Shown: one piece after another, positions 51,885 through 64,000 of the stretch
How positions within the stretch are numbered: the first letter of the stretch is position 1
Layout: every line of letters starts with the position of its first letter
NCBI GenBank assembly: GCA_030141605.1
Contig: JAQGDQ010000010.1
Coordinates: 806,001 to 870,000 of the forward strand
DNA from: Tubiluchus corallicola
Lineage: Eukaryota > Animalia > Priapulida
Direction: 5' to 3'
DNA: 64,000 nucleotides
Notes under the pieces: generated by a model
Seen by the model: the letters and a program-made list of their open reading frames with translations, nothing else
What the model was told of the DNA's origin: nothing
Databases searched by the model: none
Made by a program: the position numbers and the translations under genes

Positions 51885-54800
51885 TTATTGTTGTACTGCA
51901 TCGATTCGTGATTTCAGAAACTTGGCAATACTCTCGACGTTACTGAAGCCCTTGATTTCAAAAATGTAGCTTTCTTCTGAAGCCATACACTCCAACTCTT
52001 TCCTATTTATGTTATCAGTGATTCCAAAAGCGAAAACTTCGATTCCTAAAAGGGCGGTAAAAAATTGTTCCCATGGAATGTATGACACCAGGTTTATAAA
52101 CTAAAGATTACACCACAAATAAAAAAGCAAGTGAAAAATTAATGATTGATTAAGAGCACAACTAGAAATGTTTCACTAAAACATTTAGTACATGGGTAAT
52201 TAATTTACGGTGAAACACTCAAATTATGTTCAAAGTGGAGTCAGGTAAAAGTAAAAACGATCTATGGATAGAAAGAGAGACAGGCATACAGGCGGGCAGT
52301 AAGAAAGAGCGAAGAATGGGAGTAATCAAGAGACTAAGATAATGACAAAGAGAGGCAAGAGCAGAAGAAAAAGAAAGGACGAAGGAAGGATAAAAACAAA
52401 GAGAAAAAGAGCAAAACACGAATTTTTGACAGTTTTAATATGTCATGAATAGTATTAGTTTTCACATCTGCCTTATTTTCAACAAAATAAATATAAGTTA
52501 AACGAATTCACAACAAATGTTGGCGAAGAAAAAATATGCAAGTGGCCTTGTTAATGCTGTGAAAAGAAAGATTTAAATTCTCCTGCTTCTCAGCTTAAAA
52601 ATTACACTTTAACAAAACAAATGCAAGAGTACAATGCTTAACAGGCGATGATTCCCTTTTTACACTTGTAAATGTCTATAACTAACGTAGTTTTTATCCT
52701 AAGATCGCTTTAAATTATCTAAACTTACCGCTAGCTTTTACTTCAGCAGCTTTGTCGCAAGTGCCTCGCTCATTATCAGAATAACCATCAGTTATTACCA
52801 AAATGTATTTTTTGGAAATATCTCTTCCATCATTTTTTATTATATCAAAACCAAATTGAAGACCAACGTCCGTGGCTGTTCCTCCTGACTCTGCACAAAA
52901 AATTCAAGCAGTCAAGTTCGTCTGCGAAACTGCAGTTAAATGTAAAATCACAGAAAAACAAATGTTATGAAGAGGCATTTCCGGTTCTCTTGGCTGTAAC
53001 TGTATCAAAAGCAGTTAAAAGAGCTTGGCTGAGAAACCTTAATTTTCTCAGGTCCGGAAAAAGGAAGCAAAATTAAATTTAACATTCTCCAAACAACGTA
53101 AAATCTTAGTCAAGTTTTTATCTTAGTAGAAGCGCCAGTACCCGGCATTACATTTACTTAATTTACTTTATGTAATTTTGGAACGCAAAATTATAGTTAA
53201 AAACAAAGCAAACGCTATATAATTTGACATCAACTAAAAAATTTGTTTTTTTCTCACAAAATTGCTTATATAAATGCAAAAACAAAGTTTCACAAACATG
53301 TATTTATGCTATTATGGTGTTTGTGGAGTACTAGCCATTACGTTGCTGTGGCAACAATGTCGAATCAACACAACACATTGCCTGTTGTATTCGTACTATC
53401 ACTGAGGTGTTGGGAGCATTTTCAATGCTCATCACCTCCTGTTTCGCCACCAATTTTGCTACTATGATGACATAAAAGAATTTTTAAAACTTTCATTCTT
53501 CTTTTCTCTAATGATATTGTTATTTAATGATATAGGTGTAATTGCAACAAAATCACCTTACTGTAATCAATGGCGTCCATTTCTGCAATAATATCATCCA
53601 AGTTGTTTCTTTCTGCCAACTGATCTTCAATGTAATTGAACTCCACACTAGTTGTGTACCTAGAAGAATACGTCACTGTCGCCACTCTAATAGCAAATGG
53701 GCCAAATGTATTGTCCACATCCAGGAATGACATGATTGCCTAAATTAAGAAGCCTTGTCACTATAATGATCCTTATCATAGCGACTTATGGCATAATATC
53801 AAAATATCAATAGCTCAGCAAAAGGCTGTCCCCAATCGTAAACTAAACTAAATGAAGCATAGTTATCGCCTTTTTAAGTTGACCTATATATTCTCTATAA
53901 GTTGACCTGTATGTCATAACATATAACATAAGAAATGAGAAAGTAATTATTACTAAACAACGCCATCTGAGTGTATTTTAGTAAACTCGCTTACATTCAA
54001 AAAACTTATACCAACTGCGAAGTTATCAGCACCAACACTGCCGCTGCTGTCTATGACTAAGACCAAATCTACAGGAACGCCTAAATCAATGTCCAGAGTG
54101 CCATTCTCAATGAACGGAGAAAACATAGGAAGTGGCTCATTGATACGGTCAACTACATCCTTCTTGATTTTGGCAGTAATTTCAAAGTCTTCTTCAGATA
54201 TATTGAGGGAAACATCGAAAGAGACGGGCAGCAGAGCAACGGTAGTCGTTGGCAGTAGAGTCGTGGACTCCGATTGTGGATTCAGACAAACTGCTGGAAT
54301 ACACAAATAAATTAAATGCCTTAGTTAGTAAATCTGATATCTATCAGTGTGCAGATAGCTGCGGACAGGTCAAATTTCTATTACATTTTGAAGTCATCAC
54401 TGCCTAGATGTATTGCAGAGTTATAGGGCTAGAAGAAAAAACCTTGAGAATCTCTGGGCTGTGTGCAGTATTTTCAGATTGCCTGTAAGATGTGTTAACG
54501 CTATTCACTATTGTACGAGTTGTCGAGCTATAAATAGGCAGAGTCCTAGAGTACTACGCTTAATTTTCTCTTTCTCTAAACTTCAAAATTTCTTCTAAGA
54601 TGTTTTTGTTTATTTTGTTTATTAGACAAAGACACCATTACAATTACATAATAAGATATACTACATACAATTATACAACCTGAAAACAAAAATTACTACA
54701 ATTACTTGTCAAGTAAGCAGTCAATTATTAGTGAATAAATGATGTAACTAATTGCAGCTGAGCTAAAACCTGGAACTTGGAAAGCCCAGCTGCTATGTAT

Positions 54801-56526
54801 GGTGTGTTTTTAGGGGGGCAGGATAAAAGAGATGCGCAATGAAAAAGAGATGACATAAAGGTAAAATTAGGGTGTAAGTAAGTAATGTAAGTAGAATAGA
54901 AGAAAAAAAACTAAAAAAAAATTAAAAAAAACGAAAAAACGATGATATGATAATGATGAAAATGCAATGAAATGGCTATAGCATGATAAGTTATTTATGT
55001 ATATAGGGACGGACTTTGAGTGGCAACCAACGTGGACACAATATGGCAAGAAAAGTTGTAGTCCAAGTACACCTAATATGTACTTAAGAGATATGTTTTC
55101 ATCTCCTTCTTAAATCTAGGTTGACATGATACTGTTCTGATATTACAGGAAATCGAATTCCAAACATATATTTATTTCATTTGGGATCTACAAAAGAAAT
55201 CAAATGTTTAGCAACGTTGGTTCTGCAATATCTGACATTAAATTCATTATACCTAGTCTGTTTGATATTTTTGTTTATACGATTTATGAAAAATTGCGGA
55301 AACAAATTAATGTGGGTTTTGTGGATAAATACCGCAATATTGTACTTAACAAGATCATCAATTGTTAATAGATTTCTATTTTTAAAGCGTTGTTTAGAAA
55401 TTGCAGAAAACTTAGAAAGACCATAAAAATTACGCAAGAATTTTCGTTGCAGTCTGAAAAGAGGATTTAAATTTGAGGGGTAAGTCGAGCCCCAAAGAAT
55501 ACAAGCAAAATTTAAATAGGGTAGAACTAAAGAATTATATAACGTTATGAGATAAAAATTCGAAAGACTGCGCTTAATGTGGGAAATAATACCAACATTT
55601 TTTGATATTTTAAGACTAACCATGTTAATGTGCAGAGTTCAGTCCAAATTTTCATGAAGGATGATATCAAGAAATTTGGTTTCTTTGATTAATTCAATTG
55701 ATTCACTATCAATAAAAAGTGTACTATTTGGAGGAATGGGTTTATTTTTAGATCGAAACATGACACATTTTGTTTTATTAGAATTGAGTGCCAATTTATT
55801 AGCCTTAAACCACATCGAAAGATTATATAGCATATTATTCATATTTGTAACCGAGAGTTTGTAAAAATCCATAAATATTGTAGTATCATCAGCGAATTCT
55901 GTTATAGTCATATCGTTCTGAAAGTTTGTAATATCATTGATATAAACAAGAAACAATAGACGACCAAGAATTGATCCTTGTGGGATGCCAGACTTAACAG
56001 CTAACGTATCAGATAGAGTACTGTTGCATTTGACGCTTTGCGAATGATTAGCTAAATGGCTCCTAAACCAACTGGATCCCTCGAATGCCGTAGTGAAACA
56101 TCCTATTGATTAGAATGGAATGATCCACAGTATCAAACACCTTTGAAAGGTCACAAAATAATTCGGGAGTGATGGTATTTTTTTCCATACTGTCAATCAA
56201 TTTACTGCAAACACTAATTAAAGCAAGATCAGTTGAGCAAAATTTACGAAAACCAAATTGATTGAGATTTAATATGTTACATTTACTTTAAATAAGCTTC
56301 TAGTTGGTTATGTGCACATCATTCAAATAGTTTTGAAAAAGTAGGAAGAAGAGAAATTGGTCGGTAGTTGTTCATATTAGTAGCTTCGCCGGATTTGAAT
56401 AAAGGAATGGCAGTCGATTGTTTTAGTTTATCTAGAAAAAATCCAAAAGAAAGGGAGAGGTTGATTATGTGACACAGAGGAACTGATATGGTGTGAATTA
56501 TATCTGACATAATTTTTGGTGAAATG

Positions 56527-56619
<93 letters not shown>

Positions 56620-59600
56620 TATATAGATATACTAAGCTTGTCTTGCAATTTGATTTTTTGCAAATATTCATTACTTGGTCAGGGGTAACAGGTTGAATAT
56701 AAAACGAATTAATATATTCTCCTTTCAAGAATTGACTAAAACTAGAATCAACCTACTCGATTTGTTCAGCCATTTTCGGACCAATATTTACAAATTGTTC
56801 ATTAAATGAATTTGTCACTGTAGTATAATTGGTGATAAATTTGTTATTGATTTTAATTCTAACATGGGAGTGTGTTTTACGTCTATTTAATAATTTGTTC
56901 ATAATTTGTAGAAACAAGTGTTTAGACTGAAGATTATTAGTATTTAACAGATGTATGAATTTATTAAGGAAAGTAAGAGGATTATTACCAGGTGGGCGAT
57001 AGGTAACACCAATCACAATGTTTTTACTTGCTTTACTGTGGATTTCAATGAATAAAGTTTCAATTTCATCCTCGCAGAGTGACAAGTCATTGATAACTGT
57101 AAAAACCAAGTCTTCCCGAATGAGTAATGCCATGCCATCTCCCTTTTTTACTTTTGTATTAACACTGCAAGTTTATAGCTTGGAAGAGAAAATGATTGGC
57201 TAAGCTCATCTGTCAACCACGTCTCGGTGAGTGCAATTACAAGAAAGTTACCTTGCAATTACAGAAAGTATGCAGTTAAGGTCATTAAAATTAGATTTTA
57301 AACTTCTAATATTAATATGAATTAATGAAAATGGGTTGGAATATTTTAAATTGGATTGCAATGAATGAGATTGATCTTCATCGTCATATTTACTGTCAGG
57401 GTTAGAATGCATATGATTGAAAAAATGTCTATCAGGATCACTGCCACTGTTATTATCATAAATGTCGTCATCAATTAAGTCAAATATATTTAGTTTAAAT
57501 AAATCTTTATCGATGATAGATAAAATGTTTGAAAAACGGGCATAAAATTTAAATTCGTCATCATCAACAATAGAGTTAAAAGGAAATATCGTTTCAAGGT
57601 AGCATTCGCAAAGATGTGATATACACATACATATAGCATAAAAGTTTTGTAGTGTGGCTGTATAAGGCCTTTTCTCTACTTACCAACCAAACAAACACAC
57701 AAGTAAGGCTGAAATTGCTGGCACGCTAACGCGTGGTTCAAATTTTTTCAAGGGAAACTAACCTAACTTCTACTTAAACTTCTTTTATGAAATCAAAAAA
57801 TTGTATAATGCTTCAGTATCAATATACTAAAATGATAAGTTTTCAATTTAATTGTATGCACGTTGAGAAATTCCTCTTATTGTCACAATTTAACATTAAT
57901 TTATATATTGATAGGGATTTACCAGCATTCACTACACTAGTTAGCATATTGGCAGCCCTGTCTATGACAAGTGGTTGTGCTGCACGATAGTCATCAATGG
58001 TTCGACCAATTCTCATATTAAACGATTCCTGTCGTCCATCGTATCTACGCAGGATGAATAGAAGCCCATCATTTCCAGATAGTCTGACCTAATACGATAA
58101 TGAACACATGTAAAAAGATTTCAAAGTTGTCATTTTTTTGTTTACTTTTTTTACAAAAATATAAACTTGAAACAAATTAAACATTTTATCAATTTACAAC
58201 AGGAGCTAGTATTTGTTTATTGTTTCTTTCGCAACTGAGCATCACAATTCACACAATTGCAATCGTGGATTAATTGTACCTCCATTTACATCAATAAACT
58301 TGATTAGTACTAGTTTTGTTGAAAGTTATACATTTAGCTTAATACTACAGCATTTAGTTAATTAATTAACAAGTATGGTAACAGTTCTTTTATTTCATCA
58401 TCCGAAAAGCTTGTAATTCACCATTATATGTGCAGAAAAGCTCGTAACACAGAAAGTCAGTTATAAAATGAATAATTGTATTATCATTTACGAAAGACAG
58501 GCTTCCATAATCTCATTGTCTAGCATATATTTTATATTGCTGTACTGCCACATAAATGGCTATTGCCACAGTCGCCATCAACTAAACCACTGTTATCACC
58601 ATTAAGAAATGACCACAGCGGCTACAGAAACAGCAGTATTGGCAGTATTAACTAGTAGTATTAACAAAAATCCAATGAATACAGCAACAGCAGGAGCAAC
58701 CCTGGGAAGAAAACTATACTTACTGACTCAACATTTGCTGGACTCCGAGACGCACTGGCTTCTTGTAGATGGCGCTGTGATTCAGTTACTGCACATTCTG
58801 CTTCTGCATATCCTGGACAAGCGTCTACAAATCGGCAATTGCCGTTAAATTATAGCTTGCTTATGCTGCCAAACAAGTAAACAAGTACATACACAAACAA
58901 AAAACAACTCCTAAAACATAAATAGTTACGTAGTGTGACGTCAGAATAAAAAACCAACAAAAACGGGTGATGTTGAAACGAGTGTGATGTCTTGCGGGGA
59001 TAATTTATATATTTTTGCTTTGCTTGTTGTAAACAGTACGTTCAATAAATTCGTAGGCTTACTAACATGATTTATCATGCATCTCTGCTTCAACACGTTT
59101 CAAATAGCTTTTCTGGAGGAAGGTTAGGTTCAGACATTTTTAGTTCTTTGGACCTAGTTTGTTGGCTTAATCGGTCTCATTTGACCAGTCTCTTTTGACA
59201 AGTGCCGCTCTTTATTTAGCTAGCTAATGTCTCCCTGCTTTAGACCTAACTGCCTGATCTTTCACAGTCGTGCTTTAGAAACCTGAGGCTGCACGGTTGC
59301 TAACTGTGTAGGTTCGAGTCATCCAGGGAGATTTCCCTCGTGCGGATATGACTTCACTCGACTTTATTTTTTAAGAATTCTATTACAGTATTTTTAAACT
59401 TACCAGGATCAAAATTAATTCTGGTTTCGCAGAAACCTACACAGTCTGGATGGTGGTAGAACCAGTTACCTGTAGAGTGAATAAAAATACGCAAATAATG
59501 GGTGTTTCCAAGTTTTTTGTACGAAAAGAGCAAAAGATATTTCAGAATTAGTCTCACACCATTACAAGTACCATTCGTAATGTTATAGAAAATCGTATTT

Positions 59601-62600
59601 ATTTGGATACAACATAATCTGCTTTGCGAGCATACATCTTGCTAAGGTCTGTCCTCTCGATGTTTGAGGGTCTTCCATCTCTGGCATGCAATCTGGAGAA
59701 TCTCCAGGGCCAGCAGGTGTTTGGTTTTCAAGTGTCTGGCAATCACCAGGAACGTTTGCCAAAACTTGAGCCCAGGCACGGCCATCTGACATGATAGACT
59801 CGGCCAAGTGTGGTTCGTCGTTGGGGTTCAACCCTATGAAAACGAAAACAATCTTTTAATCGTCTTGGCGTAACCTTTTCGCTGAAAACCAATGTCTTTT
59901 TATGAAATTTTGAAGGAAACTGGGGACTGTAGGAAATTCAGAAATCCACGCAAGGAGGATAACTCCTTTTAACAGATGATTATATGCAAAACAAAAGTAT
60001 GATAATTATAACACCGTCACAGACGCAGTTGTAATCGTGATAGTTACAGTCATATTATAGTCATAGTCATAGTTTCTTGCGATCCTATCGTGAAAGAATC
60101 AGTGGACACTTGGGTGATCCAGTGTATCCAACGGACAAACATGTGAGACGTAGGGGGATCATGAGTTCTAGAATCGCAACTTGCACCATACACCCCAACA
60201 CTCGGAGTCTACACGCCACATTTTGAGGTATCATGATAGATTTGCTATTGTTTCAACATCATTTTCGTGTAATAAATAGTTCGGTACTATTATTTGTGTT
60301 TTTGTACCCCTCCCTCTAACAAAACGCTTAGGTACACCCTATTATTCGGCTGAACTCGATCAGACCTACCACAGTGTTGGAGAAGTCGGCGACCCTGTTC
60401 AATTGCAAGTCCATTAGAACATCGGTCAGCAAACACATGTTGAAAGCGAGTTAAAATATCACAGTTGAACCTGTACCATCTGATGATGTCAGTAATGGCT
60501 TTTGTTCTGTCAGACAAACGAGTCATTCCTTCTTTGAATCTCTGGCAATTAGGGACGCCCATGTCCAACATTAATGCTGGAAAAAATAATTGGAATCCAC
60601 AAAAAGTAGTGCGCTTATAAAAGATTCATTCGAATCTTCGTTCATTTGTGCATAATTACTGTTAAGTGGAACGATATATATGTATAGCTTGTTTCACGAG
60701 CAACCTTGAACAGACATATACTAAGCTTTAGTTGAACAACTAGTATTTCCCTACTATGTGCAATAAAGTTTTCTTTTCTTGCTCTTATTTTCCAGAGAAA
60801 CGTCACAAGGTACTGATTAATTTTTATACGGTGTTAAGGCGTGCGTTTCTCTAAGTAATTCGAGGACAGTTTAAAAAACACAACAAAAACAAAAGTTAAA
60901 TGCATCATAAGTATATATACATCGCGATCATATATTCATACATAGATATCGTTTAGAGAAATTTAAATCTCAAAATGAAACTTTATATCATCTAAATCAA
61001 ATATAGCCCAGTCTCATTTCAAATATGTTTTTGAAGTTACATAATTTTAAATATAGTAAGCTAGATGTTCTGTTTAATACCGCAGGCAGTATGCAAAACA
61101 TTTGTGTATTTCTTACATAAGTTTAAATTTGTGTTAAAATTTGGAAAGCTAACTTTGGTGTTGCCTTCTAGCATAAAATAGGTACTCAGCTAACAAAAAT
61201 GCTTGTGTAACTATTCTGTATTTTTAAGTTTCAATAATAATTCTCCTTATGTAAACAAACCGCATCTGGTAATGTAATCACGCGTCTTTCTCACATAGCA
61301 CTCTTTGCACAACGCAGAATCGCCCTAAAAATATAAAAGTTTACCATTAATCTGATTACAAAACGTGGAACGAAAATTTCTGATTTCCTGATTCTGTCAT
61401 TTTCTAAAGGCATGTGAGCAAAAGGATAAACTAAAAAATTAACAAGAAAAACACAAGAACAAAGGGACAAAAAAGTAAGTAGGAAGGGGAAAAGCATGAG
61501 CGACAGATGAATTTTGAATTTGACCTTTTATTTCACACTCGAGATGTATAGTACAGTACATATAATCACATACAAATCGTTAATGCTATCTTCAAATAAA
61601 CGCTAAACAGAAAAACAATAAACCTTCTACAACCTAATTCCATACAATATAAATTAAATAAAACAAAAAATCATGTTTATAAGATGGATCGTATAATTTA
61701 GCACGTGTGCTTGACGTGTACCTAATATCACTGTTACACAGCTGATTCACGATGGTATTACTACAATTCATTAGTCTTATATATAGGCTAAACACACTTT
61801 TTCTTCTAATAAAATCGAAGTGTTTAAAATTATATGTAATACACAACTATCTTACGCTGGCGTCCAACGATTTCTGAAAATTTACCCAGTAATATATTGT
61901 ATGCTAATGCTACCTTTAATTTTTTGACACTATAAAGATTGTAGTTTCTCCAAGTAGCCATACAGTAATAGTTACTGCATAGCTGCTGCAGTGGCTGTTT
62001 ATTAAAAATCTTTTTACATCGTCACTGCAGTTGTTTAAATTTATTTGACAATTTGTTCGCCCTACAGTAAAACAGAAAAAGTTGCCTCATGGTGTCTATA
62101 TCGTCTAAATCAAGCGAAATTCGTTTAAAAAGATCCATTCTAAAATCTTTACTTAGCGGAATAGTCACAGAGAGAAAAATTCTTAATAGATGCCATAAAA
62201 ATTTGGCATTACAGCGGAATGCAGCACCGAAGAGTTTGGCTTTGAAATTTGAAATAATAAAAATGGAAATCAATAAGCAAGCAACGAGGATACATAACTC
62301 ACCCTTTCAGTATCTATAATTTTTGTGCACCCATTTCTTAAAACGCCCAAATTACTTTCATGTCGACGAAGTTGAGAGTCTAAATTCTGGAGGAGTTTTT
62401 CACTGGCAAAGTTTCCCAATTCTGAAATTACCGAAAGTTTTATGTAGCTTTTTGTACATAGCTGGTCTTTATTAAATTTTCAAACTTATACGCTGTTTAA
62501 ATTTCGTTCGAACAGTGAATTTTAACCTTATTCGACAGTGAGTAAATACATTTTTGTAATTATATGTACTTTTTTGCTACTTTACTTATTTATTCAGAAC

Positions 62601-63376
62601 TTCTTTCTCTCAAGTGACAAAATTGGTGAAGTTGACTAGAACCGCATTAATTTTAATCTTTTTGACAACTAAGCATAATACAACTACAGCATCTTCGGGT
62701 TATCATGACATTAGGGCACCAGAAGTTCAAAAATGTTTTAAAACAAGTATCTGTACATATTTTAAACACTTCGCTTGTAAATTTGAAATAGTAATTATAT
62801 TTACTATGCCGTCATTAATCTTTTTAATCAAAATAATGATTAAGGTCTGTTTACGGATTAAATAAGTTTTGATTTATTATTAATTTAATTACTTTCACAA
62901 CACATAAACGTTTGAGGGAATGGACATCTAATAGAATCAATTCTCTGGGTATATTTATTTATGGATTTATTTACCATATACGCTATTTTCTCAACAACCA
63001 GTGAACAATCTGGAACAAATTATATGTTAGTCTGTTATCTCAGACCACCATCATCTCAAAGAGGCTTTATTTTTCGATTTGAGGAATCACGGAAGAAAAG
63101 TCTCCAAAAATTTATAATTCTTGTACTAAGTATAAGTACTACTAACATTCTAATTCAATAACATAATATCCTCTATAATATTTTGTTAGAATATTATAGA
63201 ATACTTATTAGTGACAGTGGTAATTCATTTACGTTTAGTGGTTTTTACGTTTTTTACGTTTGCATGTGTTTACCGTCTACAAAGTCTTGGTTAAGAAACG
63301 GATATCGACCAACTACATCTAATGGCAGTTGGGCTCTGCAGACAGCAGTCAGGAAAACAAGAAGTAAAATTTTCAT
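51885..63376 (-). CDS. Secreted protein: signal peptide, unrecognised Cys-containing region, Thr-rich linker, C-terminal VWA domain (~555 aa)
   Basis: Exons 63376-63274 (MKILLLVFLTAVCRAQLP..), tentative 61324-61295, 60576-60370, 59833-59636, 59469-59404, 58824-58724, 58088-57923, 54290(or 54293)-53995, 53739-53562, 52890-52729, 52045-51885 splice in frame. VWA with complete MIDAS: VDLVLVIDSSGSVG, IRVATVTYSS, GGTAT, ILVITDGYS, GIEVFAFGI. The exon chain between 63274 and 60576 is uncertain (other candidate exons near 62303-62421 and 62975-63009). Confidence 0.8.
55100..57630 (-). mobile_element. Decayed CR1/L2-group LINE ORF2 (APE endonuclease + reverse transcriptase) in a VWA-gene intron
   Basis: Broken ORFs with IFPFNSIVDDDEF, LIHINIRSL, IGVTYRPP (APE); NYRPISLLPTFSKLFE, GIPQGSILG, FADDT (RT); LYNSLVLPYLNFACILWGS (post-RT). 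Many stops and frameshifts, plus an internal (TA)n(GA)n tract. Confidence 0.9.
56531..56630. repeat. (AT)n(AG)n compound microsatellite inside the LINE
   Basis: Direct reading. Confidence 0.95.
61630..62290 (-). mobile_element. Decayed LINE 3' fragment (post-RT region)
   Basis: DDIDTMRQLFLFYCRANKLSNKF and IRRKSVFSLYIRLMNCSNTIV resemble the DDxDIxRQ..YxRAN.L.RKF post-RT pattern of invertebrate LINE ORF2. Confidence 0.6.
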
Positions 63377-64000
63377 CCTATAAAAGAAAAGTAATGTCAT
63401 TTTGCATCCTTCAACTGTGACTATGACTAACCTCCACCAATAAGCCTTTTCACATTTTCGTTGTGCGTACACGCAGTTGCTGTATGTCAAATGTTAAGTG
63501 TACCACAGCAATGCGTCTTTGCAACCGTCACGTAATATGTGGGTAAAGCAAAGCCGTCTGCTGCATCAGTCCAGTAACTTGAGTTGTTTTACGTGGACTT
63601 TACTTAATTATGCATTAGTCTATACGTAGAGTTATTTACTAGCAGGATTTTGCTTGAAAAAGAGAAAATATGAGCTAGGTAAGGTTCTACTTAGCTTTAA
63701 AACTGTTACTATTACAATAGCATGGCTGCGAGGCGTTGTCAAATGCACACAAATGCGTTTCTGGCACTTTTAACCATTGACCTTTTCACGATCGTTATCA
63801 ATCGCTGGAACTGTGTGTGAAAAGGCTTGTTCGGGTGGCACAACAACAGAAAAGAAGGTAATCATGTTGTGTGGGCATCATTGTCAATGAGATGGTACCT
63901 AGTTTACTGCCAGCAGTTTCGCAAATACGTGGTATATTCTGGCAAAACAGGCAATGCTGAATAAGATCCGATTGAACGATGTTAAGCATTAATAAAACTT

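Noticed and set aside
60420-60460. FQHVF as an EndoU/XendoU (FEHVF) nuclease motif in the VWA protein
   Set aside because: A five-residue resemblance only; the following GE and the second His/Lys motifs are not evident.

Overview
AT-rich, intron-rich eukaryotic DNA, most likely a marine invertebrate animal (inferred from the gene families and repeat types). It is not prokaryotic: no operons, CRISPR arrays, rRNAs or intact tRNAs were seen. Splicing exons by eye (GT-AG boundaries, phase-checked) gives six protein-coding genes. (1) A 5'-partial uncharacterised + strand gene whose product carries two copies of an unnamed helical module (2308-13962). (2) An 18-exon long-chain acyl-CoA synthetase (ACSL) on - (15378-~31018). 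(3) An intronless GTP-dependent PEPCK on + (17214-19145), nested antisense in an ACSL intron. (4) A type II membrane protein with a furin site, short collagen segment and 'short-chain collagen C4-like' C-terminal domain (+, 34633-42078), with a TATA/Inr promoter carrying kB-like and STAT-like motifs. (5) A secreted single-domain pentraxin (+, 43374-48167). (6) A secreted protein with an unrecognised Cys-containing N-terminal region and a C-terminal VWA domain (-, 51885-63376). Introns and spacers hold decayed LINEs, a Harbinger fragment, a foldback/MULE-like element with an 8-bp target-site duplication, small MITEs, SINE-like remnants and microsatellites. All gene models are manual and no database searches were run.
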